A stretch of 35,677 nucleotides of DNA from Promethearchaeota archaeon. Lineage in GTDB: Archaea; Asgardarchaeota; Lokiarchaeia; Sigyniarchaeales; SOKP01. The stretch spans positions 1-35,677 of the forward strand of contig JBHLON010000032.1 of NCBI GenBank assembly GCA_048940445.1, in the 5' to 3' direction. Below the pieces are notes generated by a model. The model made no database searches and had not been told where the DNA came from. It saw nothing but the letters and a program-made list of their open reading frames with translations. The position numbers and the translations under genes are program-made. Of the stretch, positions 29,071-35,677 are shown in pieces. Position 1 is the first letter of the stretch. Every line of letters begins with the position of its first letter.

Positions 29071-29334
29071 ATGGGTAAATCTCTTGGTATTGTATCATTA
29101 ATTTTTGGAATAATAGGGTTATCGTCTGCTTTACTTCTAATCATTCCAATGACTCTGCCAATTGTAATCTTGTGGTATGCACCACTTGTATTTTCAGTTG
29201 TCGCCATAATTTGTGGGGGGATTGGAATTAAGAAAGATGACTCTCCTGGTTTAGCAATAGCAGGGTTAATACTTGGGATAATTGGTATAACATTGTGGCT
29301 AATATCTTTTATTATGAGCTTGTTGTTTCGATAG
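29071..29334 (+). CDS. Small 3-TM membrane protein (DUF4190-like), paralog 1
   Basis: AIICGGIGIKKDDSPGLAIAGLILGIIG. Confidence 0.75.
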   Translation: MGKSLGIVSLIFGIIGLSSALLLIIPMTLPIVILWYAPLVFSVVAIICGGIGIKKDDSPGLAIAGLILGIIGITLWLISFIMSLLFR

Positions 29335-29361
29335 ATTAATTCTGATTCGTAGTTATTCTAA

Positions 29362-29562
29362 AAAAACAGACTCACATTAACTCCAACTCTATTTGTTATC
29401 TTATGGTATGGACCCGTTATATTTTCAGTTGCTCTAATTTGTGGGAGTATAGGCATTATAAAAGACAATTCACCCGTTTTAATAATAGCTGGATTAGTGC
29501 TTAGTTTAATTGGATTTATAGTCTGGGCACTAACTTTCGTGATATTATACTTTTATTTATAA
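29362..29562 (+). pseudogene. 5'-truncated copy of the DUF4190-like gene
   Basis: ILWYGPVIFSVALICGSIGIIKDNSPVLIIAGLVLSLIG..*; no start codon between in-frame TAA 29359-29361 and the homologous region. Confidence 0.65.
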
Positions 29563-29682
29563 ACACATATTTCGACAAATAATTTATCAGTGATTTTTAA
29601 AAATAAATTTATATACAACATTTTCCCTATTATGATTTATAAAATAAATTAAAATCAAAAAAAAATCTAAAGGAAGATATCA

Positions 29683-30012
29683 ATGGGTAAAACTTTTGGA
29701 ATAATTGCCTTAATTTTTAGTGTAATTGGAGTAGTTGTGTTTCTTCTAGCTTTAATAGTAATTAACATGCTTATTATGATGTCACCATTCATATTAATAT
29801 ATTCATCCATCCCGTTGCCTTTAATGATAGCAATAGATATTATTCCGATAATCTGTATTATTGTAGCAATAGTGTGTGGGGCAATAGGAATTAAAAAAGA
29901 TGATTCACCTGGTTTATCAATAGCAGGATTAATTATTGGTACTATTGGAGCCATACCTTATATAATTGCGGTCATAATGATAATTGTTAATTCAGGAGCA
30001 CCTCTATTTTAA
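29683..30012 (+). CDS. Small membrane protein (DUF4190-like), paralog 3
   Basis: MGKTFGIIALIF..AIVCGAIGIKKDDSPGLSIAGLIIG. Confidence 0.75.
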   Translation: MGKTFGIIALIFSVIGVVVFLLALIVINMLIMMSPFILIYSSIPLPLMIAIDIIPIICIIVAIVCGAIGIKKDDSPGLSIAGLIIGTIGAIPYIIAVIMIIVNSGAPLF

Positions 30013-30070
30013 AATAAGCATCTAACTTAAATTTCTTTTCGTTCTTAATTAACTGTTAATTTAAAAAGAA

Positions 30071-30174
30071 CGGGCCTAGCAGGATTCGAACCTGCGACAT
30101 CCCAGTCCGAAGCCGGGCACCCTTTCCGTTAATTTCAGTTATAGAAACTTAAATCCAGACTAGATTATAGGCCC
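30071..30174 (-). tRNA. tRNA-Arg(TCG) with ~30-nt D-loop intron (~30123-30153)
   Basis: On the minus strand: acceptor GGGCCTA/TAGGCCC, anticodon arm CCCGG-CTTCGGA-CTGGG, T arm GCAGGTTCGAATCCTGC. Confidence 0.9.
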
Positions 30175-30266
30175 TGAATTAGGGAATCAAAGAATAACTA
30201 TATAATTCTTTTATATTTCCATTCTAAAAAAATTTTTCATGACTAGATTAAATATAACTCTTTTTC

Positions 30267-30707
30267 TTATATATATTCTAAGCAATGAGTATATATTTTT
30301 ATTAAGTTTTTTGCAATCATAGCATCAGAGAAACTGCCATCAAATTCAACAAAACCTTTCATATAAGCTTCTGCGGCATCCATTTCTTTTGTAAAAATCC
30401 TTCTTAATATATCTTTTCCAAGAATGAAATGGATTGTTCTCTTTCTTTGAGTTTCAGGTTCATAGAAACTTGTGTTATAAGCTAAAATTCCGTCTGAACT
30501 CATAATCCATATATTGAAATCGATATCTTTCAGATAAAGGTGGAATATAATATCCCCAAATAATCGTAATTCGTCTTGAAAATCTATTGATTTGTTAGCA
30601 ATCTTTACGCATACACCCATAAATTTATCAATATTAACTTTAAATGCATCATCTGCTAATTGTAATGCATTTAACATTGAATGGAGTACTTTCGAATCGG
30701 TCGTCAT
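30267..30707 (-). CDS. SCP2 sterol/lipid-binding domain protein
   Basis: IFTKEMDAAEAYMKGFVEFDGS. Confidence 0.78.
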   Translation of the reverse strand: MTTDSKVLHSMLNALQLADDAFKVNIDKFMGVCVKIANKSIDFQDELRLFGDIIFHLYLKDIDFNIWIMSSDGILAYNTSFYEPETQRKRTIHFILGKDILRRIFTKEMDAAEAYMKGFVEFDGSFSDAMIAKNLIKIYTHCLEYI

Positions 30708-30815
30708 CTCTTAAACTCAATCTATAAAAATAGAGATTATTATTTGAATTAACTCATGATCATTTAAAAATTCGTAATATATATTAGTATATAATATAGC
30801 GATGATAACCGTTAT

Positions 30816-31250
30816 TTAATTCGCAGAATGATTCTTTTTTTGTATATATTTAAAAAACATTCGGAAAAGTTTTACATATCTTAAACCTTGAGTTATATCC
30901 CCTTCGACATTAAGTTTTCCTCTCATAAATGCATCTGTTCCGCTAATCTCACCCTTTAGAATCTTGATCACCATTTCTGAAGTGTAATTCATCCTAAAGA
31001 GAGAATTTGGATTATAACCTTTTTCATACTCTATTTTTCCATTTTTCACTTTTAACCAATAACTAAAATCCACATCTTTGACATAAGTTTGATAAATATC
31101 ATCAAATCCAATCAATTCTTCTTGTAGCTCTTCTGCTGAATTAAAGATCTTTACTCCAATTTTAATAATTTTATCTAAAACTTTCACAAATTGTTTCTTA
31201 TCTTTTTCTAAAAGTTCCAATAACGAATTAATAGGATTGTTAGTAGCCAT
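30816..31250 (-). CDS. SCP2 sterol/lipid-binding domain protein
   Basis: ILKGEISGTDAFMRGKLNVEGD. Confidence 0.85.
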   Translation of the reverse strand: MATNNPINSLLELLEKDKKQFVKVLDKIIKIGVKIFNSAEELQEELIGFDDIYQTYVKDVDFSYWLKVKNGKIEYEKGYNPNSLFRMNYTSEMVIKILKGEISGTDAFMRGKLNVEGDITQGLRYVKLFRMFFKYIQKKNHSAN

Positions 31251-31471
31251 ATCTTAATTATAAATTTATTTAAAAGTCACGTTTTCTTATACCTATAATT
31301 GATTATCTTTTTCTTCTTATTTATGTGTTTTTTATCCGCAATTATCAATATGAAATATGGTGTAATCCTTCCTTCTAACATTTTTTAATAAGTAAAAAGA
31401 AGACCAGTAAAGCATGAGAATAAAATTTTTATAGTTTTATTTATTTTTTCTGATATATCACTATAAATTAA

Positions 31472-31609
31472 GCCCACATAGTGTAGAGTATGTCTTTATT
31501 TAAAAGATACGCAAAACCCGGCCCAGCATTCGGGACTGTCACTCCTGCGACGCGGGTTCAAAATAATGTGTGTTTTCCACATATGAAGAAAATCCCGCTG
31601 TGGGCGCCA
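31472..31609 (+). tRNA. tRNA-Asp(GTC) with two introns (15/16: 31487-31516; T loop: ~31562-31591), CCA encoded
   Basis: Acceptor GCCCACA/TGTGGGC + G + CCA, anticodon arm CGGGA-CTGTCAC-TCCTG, T stem GCGGG/CCCGC. Confidence 0.88.
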
Positions 31610-31817
31610 TTCACTTAATTATTTATCAATATTCTGATTTTTAAAAAAATTCCTATATTTTTCAAGATTAATAAAAACTTTTTGCTAACACTTTGCTAAA
31701 AAGTTTAAAGTTTTTTAAATCAAAACGAATTATCTAAATCACAATTTCAAAAAAAATTTAAAATATAAAATTTTAAATTTAAAGGGTTAAAAAATAAAAA
31801 AAGGTTGAAAAACCAAA

Positions 31818-32246
31818 ATGGTCGATCAAGGATTAATAGATGAAGTAAAGGAAAAATTAGATGCAGGAGCAGCTGCTACTGAAATCAGCTTTGCTCTTAA
31901 AATGTATGAACTCTTCAAGCAAATTGCTGAAGAGAATGAAGATTTGAAAGAAGAATTAGAAGACATGGACATCACAGTCCAAATGATAGTTACTGATGCC
32001 GACACGAAGGCTTGGATGAAAGCACACGACGGAATACTGGAATATGGAGAAGGAGAAGTAGATAATCCTTCTTTTACCTTTTCTGCCAATAAAGAAGTTG
32101 CATTAGGCTTACTCTTTGGAGAGGTTGATGCAACAAGTGCTTATATGGCTGGAGATATAACTGTAGAAGGTAATCTTCAGGATGCTATGGCTTTTCAAGA
32201 AATTATTGAATTAGCCATAGAAGCTTTTGAAGATCTCTCAGAATAA
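31818..32246 (+). CDS. SCP2 sterol/lipid-binding domain protein (acidic)
   Basis: LLFGEVDATSAYMAGDITVEGNLQDAM. Confidence 0.88.
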   Translation: MVDQGLIDEVKEKLDAGAAATEISFALKMYELFKQIAEENEDLKEELEDMDITVQMIVTDADTKAWMKAHDGILEYGEGEVDNPSFTFSANKEVALGLLFGEVDATSAYMAGDITVEGNLQDAMAFQEIIELAIEAFEDLSE

Positions 32247-32351
32247 GCTAAATTTCAATCAAATCCCATATTAAATTAATTAACACTCTTTTTATTTTAA
32301 ATTATTCTCAATTTTTTTATCCTACTGATTTAATTTTGTAGTTTAAAACTT

Positions 32352-33611
32352 TTAGATTAAGTTTTTCAATTTAAAGATTTTATCATTCTTTTTGACTGGT
32401 TTATCAACCGTAATTCCAATTGTCAATCTCTCATCACTGGCGGAAATAAATGGTGTTTCGGTTAAGTTTTTCTTCTGTTTGATTTGAATAGATTTCACTT
32501 TTTGTCTAATATATGTATCTGTATGAGTTCCCATAATGAAAATTTCATCGTTTAATTTTAATTTGTCAGCAGTTAAGAGAATTTTAGCAGCTTTTTTTTC
32601 TGGATAATACCTTAAAACTTTGCCAATTTCAACTTTTTTATACTCAGAGGCATTGCCGTCAAAATCCCGTTGTATTTCACTACCGTTAGGTAGTCCAAAA
32701 TAGAATCCTGTTGAAAATCCTCTATTATAAATTTTATTTAATCTTTTAAGCCAATTATCTACTTTTTCCTGAGTGAAGGAATTGGCATAATATGCCTCGA
32801 TTGCTTCATGATAACATGCACTAGCTTCTTCAATATAGATAGGGTCTCTCATTCTTCCCTCAATCTTAAATGCATCAATTTTAGCTTCGATTAGCTTGGG
32901 TATATGTTCAATCATACAAAGATCTTTTGTATTAATGAAGAAAACTCCGTCATAAAGTAGTTCATTATTCTGATCATCAATCACTCGCCATCTTCTGCGG
33001 CATGGCTGAACACATTTTCCTCGATTTGCGGAATAGTCTTGAGATTCACATAATTCAGCAGAGAAATAGCATCTTCCTGAAATCGAAGTGCATTGAGCTC
33101 CATGTACGAAAGTCTCAATTTCTGCTGTTTTAAGCTTGCTTTTTATCTGTTTGATCTGATTTAAAGACAATTCTCGTGCTAAAATTAGTCTATTTGCTCC
33201 TAATGATTCATAGAACATAGCTGAATAAGAATTTGAAATACTTGTTTGAGTGGATATATGAAATTTAAGCCCTCGTTCCTTAGCAAGTTGAATTGCTCCT
33301 ATATCATGAACAATGACTGCATCAATATCCGCTTCTGAGGCCCTATCTAGAATCGATTTCAAAAGTTTAAGCTCATTTTCATAGATAATTATATTTGTAG
33401 TAAGATAAGCCTTTAAATGATTCTCATGACAAGTTTTTACAATATTATTTAGCTCTTCTAATTTAAAATTATCGCTATACATTCTCATATTAAAAGATTC
33501 GACACCAAAATAAACCGCATCAGCATTTCCTATTACAGCATTAAGAGACTTTAAGTTCTTTAGAGGTGCCATTAATTCAACTTTCTTGTTATCAGAAATA
33601 GTCATTTTCAC
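32352..33611 (-). CDS. U32 peptidase-family Fe-S protein (TrhP-like RNA hydroxylation candidate)
   Basis: ELMAP, ADAVYFG, HISTQ, ILARELSL, ETFVHGAQCTSISGRC..NRGKCVQPCR, KIEGRMR. Confidence 0.9.
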   Translation of the reverse strand: MKMTISDNKKVELMAPLKNLKSLNAVIGNADAVYFGVESFNMRMYSDNFKLEELNNIVKTCHENHLKAYLTTNIIIYENELKLLKSILDRASEADIDAVIVHDIGAIQLAKERGLKFHISTQTSISNSYSAMFYESLGANRLILARELSLNQIKQIKSKLKTAEIETFVHGAQCTSISGRCYFSAELCESQDYSANRGKCVQPCRRRWRVIDDQNNELLYDGVFFINTKDLCMIEHIPKLIEAKIDAFKIEGRMRDPIYIEEASACYHEAIEAYYANSFTQEKVDNWLKRLNKIYNRGFSTGFYFGLPNGSEIQRDFDGNASEYKKVEIGKVLRYYPEKKAAKILLTADKLKLNDEIFIMGTHTDTYIRQKVKSIQIKQKKNLTETPFISASDERLTIGITVDKPVKKNDKIFKLKNLI

Positions 33612-33703
33612 ATAATATTAATTGTAATTACAGTATACTATTCATGATCTACAAATTTTACATATGTATTAAAATGAAATAGAAAAAAAATAAAGATTAT
33701 TTT

Positions 33704-35434
33704 TTAGAAGAAATAGGTAGCAAACCAGAAATAAAAGATTACAGCACTAATAATAAAAAACACGACTGCTAGAATATAGGTCATATGTTTCGAATAATTT
33801 CGATGACGTTTACCCATTTCTGTTTCTAACGTGTCAATCTGCAAATATGGTCCAGGTCCCCTACGATACCATCCTTTAATCCTAACTCGTTGTCCTATTA
33901 ATCTATTAACCTTTGTTATTGCCCAGAAGAAGTCGACAATGCTCAATCCAAATCTATAATCAATGTACATCAAACCAGTGTTGTCTTGAAAATACAAGTC
34001 CTCACTAAAATAATAGCCCGGGATTCCTTTACCAATAATTCTTCCTTCGATAATTGCAGGAATAGGACGAACTGGTGAAACATTAATCTGGGTAACCAAA
34101 TCAACTACTTTTGCTGGTTCAAATCCCTTCCTATACATAAATAAGGTTCTGATTATAGAAGAAATACCCATAACAAAAAAGCCAGTCGCCCACATAAGGA
34201 TTATATTACTAACTGTTGCTACGCTTCCAATCTGTAACCAGCCAATAAATGCAAATAACCATACTACACTTAGAGCAATTAAAACAAAGAAGACTATGGA
34301 AGGTAAGGATTTAATAAATATATCTGTGAGAAATTCCCCGGCCATTGATTTACCTACTTGTTCCTCTTTTATCTTACGGGCTTGAGAAAAATCAATTTCT
34401 ATAGATTTCCCATAGAATTCACATTGTTCATTTAAACGTTGAATTCTTTTAGCTGGTAGTGGATGAGTGCTAAAAAGTTGAAAATATTTAGCCCATGGAT
34501 TAAATAAATCCCATCCAGCTGCAGCTTCTATTGCTTCTTTTGAATATTGACCAGAAGCGCCAATACCTTGCATAGCGAAATATTGTGCTCTGTTTGGGTC
34601 AAAAATCCCTAAGCCCCTAAGTGCTCTGACTCTAGATTTATTCCTCTCTTTAGCTTCGGCCTGACTTCCACCAACTAATAATCCATAAGCAATCTTCACT
34701 AAAGCAGTCGATAAAGTATTCGGATCTTCGGTAACTTCAGCTGAATGTTGATCAGCATAGTATTCTCTGATTCTACTCACAACTAATGAGACTAGATATC
34801 CTATATAATAGGATAGATAGGATATTACGGCAACTACTATTAATATTAAGGGAAGAAAATTTGCTTTACCTCTACTACCAGATCTGACGCCTGAAAAGCG
34901 AACCGCATAATATGACCATCGAGCAATTGTTAATAAGATTAGTGGAATGGCAAAAACAACAGTCATTAATATAAAATCATTATGTACAATATGCCCTAAT
35001 TCATGCCCCACGACTGCAGTTTGCTCATCTTCATCTAAAAAATGTAAGATTCCCTCTGTAATTACTAATCTTGCAGAATTTTTAGACCAACCATAGCAAA
35101 AAGCATTTGGATTTTTATCGTAAATTATTCCGAGTCGTGGAGGCTTTATTCCTTGTATAGATACGACCTTGCTTATAGCATCTCCTAAATGAGGGTATTG
35201 ATGAATGAATTTTTCATATGGAATCCAATCAATACGATATAACCATCCTACTATCAGAGGGCTTATCCCATATTGAAATAATACGATCATAACGGTAAAT
35301 CCGACCATAATCAAAAGACTCCACCAAGCATTGGGCAAAAACCAAACTCCTATTACAAATACTACAGCATAAATAAGTGCAAATAAGAAAAATACCGATA
35401 TTGTGGATGCTAATTTCAATCCCATTTTTTTCAC
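33704..35434 (-). CDS. htpX: Zinc metalloprotease HtpX (M48) with C-terminal membrane/OB-like extension
   Basis: PNAFCYG, HELGH, SRIREYYAD, FSTHP. Confidence 0.88.
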   Translation of the reverse strand: MKKMGLKLASTISVFFLFALIYAVVFVIGVWFLPNAWWSLLIMVGFTVMIVLFQYGISPLIVGWLYRIDWIPYEKFIHQYPHLGDAISKVVSIQGIKPPRLGIIYDKNPNAFCYGWSKNSARLVITEGILHFLDEDEQTAVVGHELGHIVHNDFILMTVVFAIPLILLTIARWSYYAVRFSGVRSGSRGKANFLPLILIVVAVISYLSYYIGYLVSLVVSRIREYYADQHSAEVTEDPNTLSTALVKIAYGLLVGGSQAEAKERNKSRVRALRGLGIFDPNRAQYFAMQGIGASGQYSKEAIEAAAGWDLFNPWAKYFQLFSTHPLPAKRIQRLNEQCEFYGKSIEIDFSQARKIKEEQVGKSMAGEFLTDIFIKSLPSIVFFVLIALSVVWLFAFIGWLQIGSVATVSNIILMWATGFFVMGISSIIRTLFMYRKGFEPAKVVDLVTQINVSPVRPIPAIIEGRIIGKGIPGYYFSEDLYFQDNTGLMYIDYRFGLSIVDFFWAITKVNRLIGQRVRIKGWYRRGPGPYLQIDTLETEMGKRHRNYSKHMTYILAVVFFIISAVIFYFWFATYFF

Positions 35435-35677
35435 TTAATTTTTATTATTTTTTATTTTAAAGCTTAAATTGGATAAGGCTTTGTTTTTTTAAAACAATTA
35501 TTAATGATATACATGTAACATTTTCTAATTAATATTATTGTAGGAAATTATAACCATTGTTATAATCAAGTCAGATTAAGATCAAAAAAATTAAATCATT
35601 GTATTTTGATAATTATTGTAGTATTTATCTTATGTCAAAATGAAAAGTGATTTTAAGGTGTTCTAAAGATCGATACA

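Noticed and set aside
1381-32089. Short antisense or overlapping ORFs in the track (e.g. 1381-1686, 2704-2919, 5359-5700, 5849-6088, 8975-9187, 9804-9998, 15489-15831, 21585-21884, 23839-24159, 29667-29954, 31826-32089)
   Set aside because: They shadow well-supported genes and show no independent motifs.
1-35677. CRISPR array, rRNA, transposase or integrase
   Set aside because: No spaced direct repeats, rRNA-like GC-rich stretch or recombinase motifs were seen.

Overview
AT-rich archaeal chromosomal window, most likely from an Asgard archaeon (Lokiarchaeia/Promethearchaeota-like). This is inferred from the archaeal rps19e-PDCD5-rpl39e-rpl31e-eIF6-rpl18a-pfdA-ftsY-secE cluster, roadblock/longin-like proteins, three SCP2 proteins and a Loki-type Zn-ribbon protein. 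The main finding is that dnaG (4519-5749) is split inside its conserved GAIFGQ|TEGLL motif by a 37-nt frame-shifting, stop-containing insert (4642-4678). The insert's ends fold into a relaxed bulge-helix-bulge, so it looks like an mRNA intron of the tRNA-splicing-endonuclease type. All four tRNA genes (Gly-TCC, Phe-GAA, Arg-TCG, Asp-GTC) carry similar ~30-nt introns at non-canonical D-loop/T-loop sites, and Asp carries two. Other notable content: an ERG2/sigma-1-receptor-family protein with a C-terminal membrane anchor, two tandem cassettes of a decayed HNH-like gene plus an intact small gene (orphan toxin/immunity-like), a Thermotoga-type inositol catabolism cluster (iolM/iolN/iolO) and a tandem array of small membrane-protein paralogs. 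All family calls come from motif recognition; no database searches were run.
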